From an uncultured Acidobacteriota bacterium (GTDB lineage Bacteria > Acidobacteriota > Polarisedimenticolia > J045), in assembly GCA_963702425.1 (NCBI GenBank), contig CAVPCQ010000016.1:96001-160000 (forward strand): a stretch of DNA of 64,000 bases, given 5' to 3'. Positions 1-11,645 of this stretch are shown piece by piece. How positions within the stretch are numbered: position 1 is the first letter of the stretch; every line of letters begins with the position of its first letter. The notes below the pieces were generated by a model. The model did not search any database and was not told the origin of the DNA. It worked only from the letters and a program-made list of their open reading frames with translations. Both the position numbers and the translations under genes were made by a program.

Positions 1-843
1 GACGCCGCGATCTGGATCTTCGCACCGGCCGGCCTGCCGCTCTTCCGCACCGACAACGCCCTGACGATCGACCAGGGCTACCAGCTCGCCACGTGGGACC
101 TCAGCGGGCAGATCGACGGCAAGCCCTCGGTCTTCCTCGAGTTCCAGCAGAAGGCGAACGGCGCGGACCAGTACGCCGGCTGGACGGTGGACGAGATCAT
201 CTTCAAGGACGGCAGCAAGCCCGACTTCGGACCGTGCGGCAACTGCGGCAGCGCGCCGACCTTCGCCGGCGCGACGTCCGCGATCGACAACAACGCCTGC
301 GGCGCGACCGGCGTCACGGTCTCCTGGGACGGCGCCCCCGCGTGGGGGACCGGTGCGAGCGGAACCTACTCCGTCTACCGCGGCACCACGCCGGGCTTCG
401 CCGCGGACCCGGCGCACCGCGTCGCCAAGGGCGTCGTCGGGCTCTCCTACAACGACACTACCGCGCCCGCGGGGACGCTCTACTACCTCGTCCGGGCGGA
501 GAACGACGAGACCTGCTCCAGCGGACCGCAGAACGGCGGCCTCGTCGATGACAACGCGGTCTATGTCCCGGTGACGGAAACGACCAGCCGGCCGACGCCC
601 GCGGGAATCGGCGGCCTGGCCGTTTCCCGGCCGTCGCTGTCCCACATTCGGCTGTCGTGGTCGGCCGCCTCCGGCGCCACGGCCTACCGCGTCTTCCGCT
701 CGCTCTCCCCCGCTCCCGGCGGCTTCGGCGTGCTGGGCGAGGCGAGCGGGCTCACCTTCGACGATCTCGGCTCGGGCGCCACGCTCGAGACCTACTTCTA
801 CCTGGTCCGCGGCCTCAACCCCTGCGGCACGGAAGGTCCTTAG
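1..843 (+). CDS. 5'-truncated secreted multidomain protein, C-terminal jelly-roll and FN3-like module
   Basis: Frame is open from base 1 (DAAIWIFAPAG...WTVDEIIFKDG) to TAG at 843. Highly similar to the tails of the proteins at 871-4627 and 7470-11515; ends YFYLVRGLNPCGTEGP. Confidence 0.8.
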   Translation, partial: DAAIWIFAPAGLPLFRTDNALTIDQGYQLATWDLSGQIDGKPSVFLEFQQKANGADQYAGWTVDEIIFKDGSKPDFGPCGNCGSAPTFAGATSAIDNNACGATGVTVSWDGAPAWGTGASGTYSVYRGTTPGFAADPAHRVAKGVVGLSYNDTTAPAGTLYYLVRAENDETCSSGPQNGGLVDDNAVYVPVTETTSRPTPAGIGGLAVSRPSLSHIRLSWSAASGATAYRVFRSLSPAPGGFGVLGEASGLTFDDLGSGATLETYFYLVRGLNPCGTEGP

Positions 844-870
844 TCCACCGGAAAGGTGAAGGTACAGATC

Positions 871-3800
871 ATGACGCGCGCGCTCGTCGCCCTGGTGGTG
901 GTGCTCGGCTTCACCTTCACGCTGGGCGGCGAGCCCGCGCTGCTGATCCGGCTCGATCGGCGCGGGCCGTCCGACCTTTCTGCGCTTGCCGCGGACGGTG
1001 TTCCGGTCGTCCTCGATGCCCAGACGCTGCTGCTGGTCCACGGTGACGCTGCGCGACTGGCGTGGCTGCTGGAGCGCGGCTGGAGCGCCTCCGTCGTCGA
1101 CACCGGCCCCGGCCGATGGGACTACGTCCAGGCCGGGCTGCGCGACGACAGCGACATCGGTGCGCTCACGGTCGCCGGGCCGATCGTGATGTCGGCCGAG
1201 AACTGGGTCCTGGTGCGGATCCCGGCCGGCGCATCGCTCGAGCCGCTGACCCGCGCCGGGGCCTTCCTCTACCGGCTCCCGCGGCACGGCATCGCCCCGC
1301 CGCGGGTCCCCTCCGAACCGGCCGAGACGCGCTCCGACTTCGGCTCCCCCGACCCGATCGTTCAGAAGATCGTGTCCGCCGTCAGCCCGGCACAGATCGA
1401 CGACAACTGGCTCGACCTGACCACCAACCCACCGACCGGCACGCGCTTCTCATCCGCACAGGGTTGCCGCGACTCCGCGACCTACTGCCGCGACGTCTTC
1501 GCCGGCCTCGGCCTCGGCGCCGAGCTGCAGAACTGGAGCGTCTCCCACGCGCCGAACGCGATCGGCACCCGCCAGGGGGCGATCGACCCCTCCAAGGTCT
1601 ACATCGTGATCGGACACCTCGACGACCTTCCTTCGAGCGGGCCGGCCCCGGGCGCCGACGACAACGCCTCGGGCACCGTCAACGTCCTCGAGAACGCGCG
1701 CGCGATGAACTGCTGGGCCTTCCGCAACACCGTGAAGTACATCGCCTGTACCGGCGAGGAGCAGGGCCTGCTGGGCTCCGACGCCTACGCCCAGGACGCG
1801 CTGAACCGCGGCGAGGACATCCGCGGCGTGATCAACATGGACATGATCGCGTGGGCCGGGAACAACGCCCCCAATCCGGAGAATCTCGACCTCAACTACA
1901 ACGGCCCGTCCCAGTGGCTGGGCGAGAAGTTCGCCGACGCGGCCACGACGTACGGCACCGGCCTCGTGGTCGACGCCTTCTACTGCCCGTCGCTGACCGC
2001 CTCCGACCACGCCTCGTTCTGGGAGCGCGGCTGGCCGGCCGTCTGCGGGATCACCGACAACGAAGGCTACTGCGGCCACGCCGGGAATTACCCCTACTAC
2101 CACCAGTCGACCGACACGATCGCCAACTGCGGCGACAAGCAGTTCTTCTACTCCGTCGTGAAGACCTCGGCCGCGACGCTGGCGGAGCTCGCCGGGGCGT
2201 TCAAGATCTCGTTCTCGAAGCCGACCTACGCCTGCGGAACGAACCTGACGGTCGTGCTCGGCGATCGCGACAAGGACACCAACCCGGCCACGCGCGAAAC
2301 GGTGGCGGTCGAGGTCTGGAGCGACACCGAGACCGTGCCCGAGACGCTCGTCCTCACCGAGCGCACGGTGCACTCGATGATCTTCGACGCCGTCCTGCCG
2401 ACGACGACCGCCCCCCCGCTCACCGGGGACGGGCTGCTGTCGGTGGCCCCCGGCGACGCGCTTCACGCCCGCTACGTCGACGCGCTCGACTGCGACGGCG
2501 GGACGAACGTCCCCTACCTCGCCGACGCGCGCGTCGACTGCGTCGGCCCGGCGATCTCGGCGGTCGGCACGACGGGGGTCAGCGACACCGCGGCGAGGAT
2601 CGTCTGGACGACCGACGAGGCCTCCGACAGCGTCGCGACCTGGGGACCCGTGAAGCCGCCGGCCACGACGACGCCCGGGAACCGCGACACGACCGCGCAC
2701 GAGGTCAGCCTCTCGGGGCTGCAGTCCTGCACCGTCTACTGGTTCGACACGCGCTCAGCGGACGGCGCCGGCAACCTCGCGCTGGCCGACAACGGCGGCA
2801 CGTACTTCCACTTCGAGACGCTGGGGAACTTCGGCAGCGGGCTGCAGCCCTGCCACGCGGGCCGCGTGTCGATCGACAGGCCGACCTTCGCCTGCTCCGA
2901 GGCGGCGACCTTCCGGGTCACCGACATCGACCTCAACACCAATCCCGGGGTCGCGGAAACGGTGCTGCTCCAGGCCTCGTCGACCACGGAGCCGGCCGGC
3001 GAGTGGATCACGGCGACCGAGACGGGGCCGAACACTTCGGTCTTCGCCGCGTCGATTCCGCTGCAGGCGGGCTCGCCCACGCCCGGCGACGGCGTCGCTG
3101 GCCGTCGCAGACGGCGACACGCTGACCGCGACCTATCGCGACGCCGACGACGGCGCGGGGGCGCGCGCGATCTCGTACGCGACGGCGGCGCTGGACTGCG
3201 CCGGACCGCTCGTCTCGAACCTGCGCGCCGAGGCGATCACCGACGTCCGGGCGACGATCCGCTTCACGACCGCCGAGCCTGGCGACACCGTCGTCGAGTG
3301 GGGCACGACCCCGGCGCTCGGCCAGACGATCACGAACGCTGCGCTCGTGCTCGAGCACGCGGCGACGATCAACCAGGGGAACAGCTGCCAGGCGCTCTAC
3401 TTCCGCGTCCGGTCGAAGGACCAGTTCGGCAACGAGCGGGTCGCCTCGGAGGGGGGCGCGCCGTACCAGCTCCAGGTCGGCCGGATCCCGGGGCTCTACT
3501 GGAAGGAGAGCTTCGAGAGCGGAACGAACGGCTGGACGCTGCAGGGCGACTGGGAGATCGGTGCGCCGCAGGGCAAGGGCGGCTCCGGCGGCGGCCGGCC
3601 CGATCCCGCCGTGGCCTACAACCAGGGCAGGTCGCTCGGCCACGACCTGAGCGGCAAGGGGACCTTCCCCGGCGACTACGAGCCGGGGAGGACGGAGTTC
3701 GCCCGCAGCGCCGCGCTCAACGGCACGACCTGGCAGCGCACGAAACTGCTCTTCCAGCGCCGGCTGAACAGCGGCGCCGGTGACCAGGCCACCGCCTGGA

Positions 3801-4627
3801 TCTACGCGCCGAGCGGCACCAGTTTCTACAACTCGAACAACCTGCCGGTGATCGAAAGCGAATGGTCGCTGCAGAGCATCGACGTGCGCTCGGCGGTCGA
3901 CGGCAAGCCCTCGGTGCAGATCGAGTTCCGCCAGAAGTCCGACGGCGCGGGCAACTTCTCGGGCTGGAACGTCGACGAGATCATCTTCAAGGACGGCGCG
4001 CTGCCCGACTACGGCGCCTGTGGCGGCTGCGGGGCCGCGCCCTCCTTTGCCGGGGCGAGCGGCGCCGTGGACACCGACGCCTGCGGCGCCGGCGGCGTGA
4101 CGGTGTCCTGGCAGCGGAGCGCCGCCTGGGGCTCGGGAGCCGGCGGCAGCTACGCCGTCTACCGCGGGCCGGCTCCCGGTTTCCCGGCCGACGCGGCGCA
4201 CCGCGTCGCGAGCGGCGTGACCGCGCTCGCCACCACCGACGCCGGCGCGCCGGATGGCGCGCTCCACTACCTCGTCCGCGCCGAGAACGACGAAACCTGC
4301 TCGACGGGTCCCGGCAACGGCGGCGTGATGGACGACAACGCCGTCTACGTTCCGGTGACCAACACGGGGGTCCGGCCGCTGCCGGCCGAGGTCCGGACGC
4401 TCGCGGTCTCGATCGTCGGCGGTGCGCACGTCCACCTGGCCTGGAGTCCCGTGGCCGAGGCGCCGCGAACCCGCGTCTACCGCGCGCTGGCGCCGGAGCC
4501 GGGCGGGTTCTCGACGATCGGCGAGAGCACCGGGGCCGCATTCGACGATCTCGGCCAGGGAGCCGACCTCGAGACCTACTTCTACCTGGTGCGCGGCGTC
4601 AACGCCTGCGGCCAGGAAGGCCCCTAG
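871..4627 (+). CDS. Secreted M28 family metallopeptidase with repeated Ig/FN3-like C-terminal domains (frameshift near 3095)
   Basis: Signal peptide; motifs GHLDD, GADDNASG, GEEQGLLGS, NMDMI, SDHASF, YYHQSTD. ORF 856-3783 continues in the frame of 3347-4627. Confidence 0.85.
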
Positions 4628-4638
4628 CGGCGCGCTCG

Positions 4639-5028
4639 ATGACAAAGCGCCCGAACAGGACGATCGATCGCGAGCGGCTGGTCGGCGGCTGGCGGCTCGT
4701 CACCTATGACCACATCGACATACGCGACCGCCGTCGTCCGGCGGCGGCCTGGTTCGACGGTCTCGTCGTCTTCGAGCCCGGCGGCTACCTGACCGTCGTG
4801 ATCAACCGCGACGCGCCTGCCGACCGGCCGCAGGACGGGACGATCGCCTACGGCGCACGGTACGAACTGGACGGCAACACGATCCGCAACGAGGTCCGCG
4901 TCGCGAGCGTGCGCCACTGGGTCGGCACCGTGCTCGAGCGGACCGCGACCCTCGACGGCGACCGGATCACCTTCGCGACCGCGAAGTCCGAATCCGGCCA
5001 CTACGAGCTGATCTGGGAGCGGCTGTAG
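4639..5028 (+). CDS. Lipocalin-like domain protein (Lipocalin_5-like)
   Basis: ATG at 4639; LVGGWRLV...IAYGARYEL...LIWERL pattern, 129 aa. Confidence 0.7.
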   Translation: MTKRPNRTIDRERLVGGWRLVTYDHIDIRDRRRPAAAWFDGLVVFEPGGYLTVVINRDAPADRPQDGTIAYGARYELDGNTIRNEVRVASVRHWVGTVLERTATLDGDRITFATAKSESGHYELIWERL

Positions 5029-5184
5029 GGGCCGGCCTCTGTGCCGGCCCGAAACGGGCCACGCGTTGGCCGGGCCGGCACAGAGGCCGGCCCCTACGGC
5101 GCCACGCGGAACGCGGTCGAGGCGAGCCGGGCCGGCACGGAGGCCGGCCCCTACGGCGCCACGCGGAACGCGGTCGAGGCGAGC
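5025..5184. repeat. GTAG-type REP cluster (inverted pair plus a third copy) containing a 57-bp tandem duplication
   Basis: GTAGGGGCCGGCCTCTGTGCCGGCCC at 5025-5050, its reverse complement at 5072-5097 and again at 5129-5154. 5071-5127 is repeated at 5128-5184 with one mismatch. Confidence 0.85.
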
Positions 5185-7283
5185 AGCCCCGGCGGGCGCG
5201 CGGCGGCGGGCGCTCCGGCCGTGCCGATCGACCCGGCCACCAACTCCGGATCCGCTGCCGTGTCGACGACGGCGAAGGTGTAGTGCCCCTCCGTCAGCGT
5301 GAACTCCGGGATCGTCAATCGCGCCTGCGTGCAGAAGGTCCCCGGGCCGTCCGGCTCGGCCAGCGCCAGCGCCGACTCGGGCATCGGCTGGACCGAGCGG
5401 GCCCCGTCGGGCGCGGTCGAGATCAGCAGGTGACGGACCTTCCGGCGCGCCTCGGCGCGATCCGGCCCGCACAGGACGTAGCTCAGGGACACGCGGTCGC
5501 CCCCGTCGGCCGGTCGCCCCTCGGTCACGACGCGGAACGACCCGCGCCCGCTCTCGCGCTTCGCCGCGGTCATGCCGGGCCGCCACACCAGATCGAGCCC
5601 CGACGCGGCCTCGACCCGCGCCGCCATCGCCGTCCACTCGTCGCGGCCCCCCTTGCGGAACACGACCGTACTCCGACCCGCGCCGGCGGCGTCGGCCTCG
5701 AGATCGGTGATCACGCCGCGCGCGACGTGGATGCCGTCCTTGCGGTAGGCGCAGGGCACCTCGATCGTGAACCCGGCACGGGCCCTGGGCGAAGGCAGCT
5801 TCGGCAGCCGGAGCGCGACCTCGCCGAGCGTCTCGCCGCCGACCTGGCAGACCGGGTCGAGCCCCGCCCCGTTGTCGCGCTGCACCACGGCATCGACGAG
5901 CAGGCGCGCGCCGAAGGTCCCGTCGGAAGCGGGGATCCAGGTCAGCTCGGACAGCGGGACGCGGAAGCGGGCGAGCAGGACCTCCTTCCCCTGGATCGTC
6001 GACGGGTAGTCGAGCATCACGGACACCGGGGGACGAACGAAGTCGTCGGGCGCCAGGAGGGCGGCGACGCGCCGGTGGGTCAGGCGCTCGGCCCGGGCCT
6101 CGATCGCGACCTGCGAGGGGGCCATCACGCGCAGCCCCCAGAGGTCCTTGAAGCGCTCGGTGTCGAGCTTGACCGCGAGAGAGTGGCGTCGCGTCGGACC
6201 GCCCGGCGGGACCGGCAGGCTGAAGAGGTAGTAGCACGAGAGCTGCTCGGCGGCGCCCGCGAGCGCCGCGCCGAGATCGGTGACGTTCCGGACGGCCCGG
6301 CCGCCGGAGTCGTTCGCCAGCGACGAGAGGATCTCCGAGTTTCCGCCCCCGCCGCTCAGCCCCTCGACGTCGACGGTCCAGATCGCGAACCCCTGCTGCG
6401 CGAGGTCGAGCACCGGGCGCAGGGTGCGCTCGAGCTTCTCGGATTCGGCCCCGAGGAAGCGGAAGCGCGGCGAGGAGAAGAGCACCGCCGCCTTGCGGCC
6501 CGGGAGGTGGGTGTGAGCCTGCAGCATCCCCTCCAGCGCGGCCAGCGTCGCCTGCGGGGAGTAGAGCCCGGCGCCGGACGTCGGCGCCGCGCCGGAGGTG
6601 TTGAACTCGAAGCTCTCCGCCCGGAGAGCGGTCGCGGCGGGCATTCAGCCCGAGCAGCCGCCCTTGCCCGAGCCGGCCGCCGCGACGACCGAAAGATCGT
6701 CGCTCGCCAGCACGCCCGCGATCGCGGCCTGGCCGCCGTCCCCGCGGAAGGCGACCGCGCGGATCGCCGCCGCCGCCTCGCGCAGCCGCGCCGGATCGCG
6801 CGTGAAGCCGGCCGTCAGCTCGCGGACCTGGCGGGTCAGGGCGTAGACCTTGTAGACCTCCGGCCGCGCCGCGGCGCCCGCCGCGACGCCGTCGATCGCG
6901 TCCGCGACCTTCGCGCGGCCGCGCGCGTCGACGTAGTTGAAATCGACGATCACGAGGATCGGCCGCGGCATCCCGTCCCCGACCGCGTCGCAGATCGGGT
7001 CGAAGCGCAGCGCCGCGCGCTCTTCCGTCGTCAGCGGCTGGCCGTCGAGCCGGAAGTCGAACTGCTCGGCGGTCAGGCCGGGGACGGACCGGTAGCTGCC
7101 GGCCTTGGGATCGACGACCGAGACGTCGACCTGCACGAGGCGAGCCTCGGCGCGCTCGACGAGATCGGTCGCCGCGTCCGGAGACGGGGCCGCCGGCGCC
7201 TCGGCGGGGCCGGCCCACGCGGCGGGGCACCCCGCCAGGATCGACGCGACGACGAGACGCGAGAAGAACGGTGAAGGCCGCAC
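5151..7283 (-). CDS. Secreted VWA-domain (acidobacterial VWFA-related) protein with in-frame TGA at 6645-6647; probable selenoprotein
   Basis: ORFs 6645-7412 and 5151-6644 are in the same frame, separated only by TGA. VWFA-type motifs lie on both sides: LVQVDVSVVD, VPGLTAEQF, VIVD, FTRD / LPGRKAAVLFS, IWTVDVEGL, LANDSGG, YYL. GTG start at 7283 followed by a signal peptide. Confidence 0.75.
6602..6647 (-). promoter_or_regulatory. Putative bacterial SECIS hairpin directly after UGA
   Basis: m[49 protein letters not shown]: 7-bp stem with a G-starting 4-nt loop 22 nt after UGA; UGAAU can pair with GUUCA. Confidence 0.6.
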
Positions 7284-7469
7284 GGTCTCACCCCCCGGCG
7301 CAGTGCCGCTACACCGTTGGCAGGTTACGCGCCTCCGCGGCCTCCTGTCGAGTGGCATCGGGCTCGGGGACGCGGCCCCCCGCGGACCGGCTGCGAGCGC
7401 GTCCGCCCGCATCCGGGGTTCCCCCGGCGGTGCTTTCCCGGTACATTCCGGCAGCTCGGGGAGGTTCTC

Positions 7470-10400
7470 ATGAGGCCGATGTCCCGCCGTGCGGCGTGCG
7501 CCGCGTCCGTCCTGTTCGCCGTCCTGCTCGCGATCGTATCGGTTCCGCTCGCGTCGGCCGCCGGTTCAGCCGCGGCCCCGACCGGAGCCAAGCTGATGGG
7601 CGACCTGCCCGCGGTGCTCGACGCCGCGGGGCCGGGGGAGCGGATCCCGGTCTACTTCGTGCTCGCCGACCAGCTCGAGGGGGACGCGCTGCGCGCGCGG
7701 GTCGCCGCCCTCACCGCCGGGGCCGCGCCGCCGGCCGGCGCCGCGGGCAAGGCCGCGCGCCGCCAGGCCACCGTGAGCGCGCTGCGCGAGCACGCGACGC
7801 AGGCGCAGGCCGGGCTGCTGGCCGCGCTCCGCGCGCTCGAAGCGCAGGGCGCCGCCGCGCGCGTCCGCCCGCTCTGGATCGGCAACGTCGTCGGCGCCGA
7901 CCTGGCGCCGGACGCGGTCCGCGCGCTCGCGGCGCGGCCGGAGGTCGTGCGCGTCAACTGGAATCCCAAGCGCGACGTCTTCCTCGGCGCGCGCGCGAGT
8001 GCCGGACCGAGCGCCGCGCCGGCCGGCTGGCGCGCCCGCTACGGCCTGTCGCCGCTGGCGCCGGCCGGGACCGACGGCCCGGGCATCGACGCCCTCGAGT
8101 GCGGCGTCGTCAAGATGCGCGCACCCGAGGTCTGGAACGAGCTGGGCAACACCGGGGCCGGGGCCGTGATCGCGGTGATCGACACCGGCGTCTGCTGGAC
8201 CCACCCCGACATCGCGAACCAGATCTGGGTCAACCCGGGCGAGGACCTCAATCACAACGGCGTCGTGATGGACGCTGCCGACATGAACGGCGTCGACAAC
8301 GACGGCAACGGCTTCATCGACGACCTGATCGGCTGGAACTTCGACCTCAACACCAACCAGCCGACCGACGAGAACTCGCACGGCTCGCACTGCGCGGGGA
8401 CGGTGGCGGGGGACGGGACGGGCGGGAGCCAGTCCGGGATGGCGCCGGACGCGAAGATCATGGCGGTGCGGGTCGGGGTCAACTTCTCGGACGAGGTCGA
8501 CGTCTGGAACGCGATGCAGTACGCGGCGGCCAACGGCGCCGACGCGATCTCGATGAGCCTGGGCTGGCCGCACGGCCAGAACCCGGACCGGCCGACCTGG
8601 CGCACGAACTGCGAGAACACGATCAACGCCGGGACGGCGATGGTGATCGCGGCCGGCAACGAAGGCCAGGGCGCGGAGCCGGACAACGTCCGGACGCCGG
8701 GCGACGTGCCGCGGGTGATCACGGTCGGGGCGACCGACTGCAGCGACGTCGCGGCGGGGTTCTCGTCGCGCGGGCCGGTGACCTGGCAGGGGATCGCGCC
8801 GTGGAACGACTGGCCCTGGCCCCCGGGGCTGGTCAAGCCGGACATCTCGGCGCCGGGCGTGGACACACTGAGCCACGACGTCTGCTCGGGTTACTCGTAC
8901 AAGTCGGGAACGTCGATGGCGACGCCGCACGTCGCCGGCGCGGTCGCGCTGATCGTGGCGGCCAACCCCGGGCTCGAGCACGACGACATCAAGGCGCTCT
9001 TGGAAGAGACCTCCGTCGACCTCGGCGAGCCGGGCAAGGACAACACCTACGGCACCGGGCGCGTCGACGTCTACGAGGCGGTGCTGCTCTCCGGCTCGCG
9101 CGACGGGCGGATTGCGGTCAAGGAGCAAGCGGTGCGGTGCGGCGGGTCGCTCAACGTCACCGTCTCGGACACCGATCTCAAGAACTTCGGGACGATCCAG
9201 GTCACGGCCGTCTCGACGACGGAGACCGCACCCGAGAGCATCACGCTGACCGAAACCAATCCCGGCAGCGGCGCCTTCAAGGGCGTGGTCCCGATCGGCG
9301 GCGGCGCGCCGCAGGCCGACGGCGTGGTCCAGGCCGCCGACGGCGACACCGTGACCGTGACCTACGTCGACGCCGACAACGGCGCCGGCGGCCTCAACGT
9401 CCCCAAGTCCGACAGCGCCCCGGTCGACTGCAGCACGCCGCGGATCTCGGGCGTCAGCGCCGAGCCGACGATGACCTACGGCGCGATCATCCGCTGGACC
9501 ACCGACGAGGCGTCCGACAGCCTGGTCGACTACGGCAAGCAGATCCCGCCCGACCGCAGCACCCTCAACGGCGCCCCGACGACGCAGCACCAGGTGACGC
9601 TGACCGGGCTCGAGCAGTGCACGATCTACCGCTACCGGGTCAGCTCGACCGACCGGGTCGGCAACAAGGCGACCGACGACAACGGCGGCGCCTACTACTA
9701 CTTCGAGGTGATGGGCGACTTCGGCCAGGGGCCGCAGTCGTGCCACGCCGGCAAGACGACGCTCGACCGGGCGGTCTACTCCTGCGCCGACACGGCCACG
9801 CTCGAGGTCTCGGACATGGACCTCAACCTCGATCCCGGCGCGATCGACGGCGGCGATGCTGCTGGTCACGAGCACCACCGAGCCGGCGGGCGAATGGATC
9901 GCGGTGACGGAGACCGGCGCCAACAGCTCGCGCTTCCGCGGAACCGTCGCGACTGCCGGCGGGGCGCCCGCGCCCGACGGCCGGCTCCAGCTCGCCGAAG
10001 GCGACACCCTGACGGTCAGCTACCACGACGCCGACGACGGCGTCGGCAACCCCCGCTGGACGCTATGCGACCGCGATCGCCGACTGCGCCGGCCCCCGCA
10101 TCTCGGACCTTCGGATCGACACCATCACCGACGCGCGCGCGACGGTCCGCTTCACGACGGACGAGCCGGCGAGCGCGGTCGTCGAGTGGGGCACGACGCC
10201 GGCGCTGGGTCAGACCACGTCCCGCGCGTCGCTCCAGACGGCGCACGACGATGCTGCTCAACGACTTCAGCTCGTGCCAGCGCGCCTACGTCCGCGTGCG
10301 CGTCACCGACGAGCACGGCTACGAGACCGTGGCCGACAACCTCGGAACGCCGCACGCCTTCAGCCTCGGCCTGATCCCGGGCCTCTACTGGAAGGAGAGC

Positions 10401-11515
10401 TTCGAGGGCTCGACCGCGGGCTGGACGCTGGGCGGCGAGTGGCAGGTCGGCGCGCCGCAGGGCGAAGGGCGGATCGGGCGGCAGTCTCCCCGACCCGACC
10501 AGGGCGTACAACAACGGCAAGGTGCTGGGACACGACCTGACAGGCCTCGGCGGCAACCCGGGGGCCTACGAGCCGAGCCGCACCGAGAAGGCGCGCTCCC
10601 CGAACCAGAATGCGACGACCTGGCACAACACCAGGCTGCTGCTCTACCGCCAGCTCAACGCCGGCGACGGCGACGAGGCCTCGCTCTGGCTGTACGCGGG
10701 CCCGGGCCTCCCGCTGTTCCGCAGCACCGGCGCGGTGATCGAGGGCGACTGGTCGCTCCAGACCTTCGACATCGCGTCGCAGGTGGACGGGAAGCCGGTC
10801 GTCTCGCTCGAGTTCAGCCAGAGGTCGGACGCGTCGGGCCAGTTCTCCGGCTGGAACGTCGACGAGATCGTCTTCAAGGACGGCACCAAGCCCGACTACG
10901 GACCCTGCGGCGGATGCAGCGGGGCGCCCACGTTCAGCGGGGCGGTCTCGGCGCTGGACAACAACGCCTGCGGCGCCGGTGGGGTGACGGTCAGCTGGAC
11001 TGCGGCCCCGGCCTGGGGTACCGGCAGTGCCGGGACCTACGCCGTCTACCGCGACACGACACCCGTCTTCACGCCGTCCGCCGCCAACCGCGTCGCCGCC
11101 GGCCTGGGCGGCCTCTCGTTCAACGACGCCGCGGCCCCGAACGGCGCGCTCTACTACCTCGTGCGCGCGGAGAACGACGAGACCTGCTCCTCCGGCCCGA
11201 ACAACGGGGGGCTCACGGACGCCAACGCGCACACCGTGCCGGTGACGAACACGGCGACCCGCCCGCTGCCGGGCGCGATCGGATCGCTCGCGGTCTCGGT
11301 CGTCGGGGGCAGCCACCTGCGGCTCTCCTGGAGCGCGCCAGCCGACGCCAGCGGCTACCGCATCTACCGCTCGACCTCGCCGCTCCCTGCGTCGTTCGCA
11401 GGCGGTCGGCGACACGGCGGGGCTGACCTGGGACGACACCGGCCGCGCGGCCGATGCGTCGACCTACTTCTACCTGGTCCGCGGGACCAACCCCTGCGGG
11501 CAGGAGGGGCCCTGA
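7470..11515 (+). CDS. Secreted S8 subtilisin-like serine peptidase with the shared Ig/FN3 C-terminal module (several frameshifts, 9850-11420)
   Basis: RBS GGGAGG before ATG 7470; catalytic motifs VIDTG, HGSHCAG, AAGN, SGTSMATPHVAG; ends YFYLVRGTNPCGQEGP-TGA. Confidence 0.88.
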
Positions 11516-11538
11516 TCGCGGGACGGGGCCTGATTCTG

Positions 11539-11612
11539 GTAGGGGCCGGCCTCTGTGCCGGCCCGCCCGTCGCCGACCGGCATTGCGGGCCGGCACAGAG
11601 GCCGGCCCCTAC
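11539..11612. repeat. REP inverted pair (REPIN-like), same family as 5025-5154
   Basis: GTAGGGGCCGGCCTCTGTGCCGGCCC ... GGGCCGGCACAGAGGCCGGCCCCTAC. Confidence 0.85.
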
Positions 11613-11645
11613 CGTCGGCGGCGGGCGCGAGGGACAATCCCCGCC

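Noticed and set aside
5025-5184. Repeat cluster as a mini CRISPR array
   Set aside because: Copies are inverted, the intervening sequences are duplicated rather than unique, and no cas genes are present. It fits REP elements.
7319-7334. Possible sigma54 promoter (AGGCGCGTAACCTGCC, minus strand) upstream of the VWA gene
   Set aside because: GG-N10-GC spacing is right, but there are several mismatches and such matches are common at this GC content.
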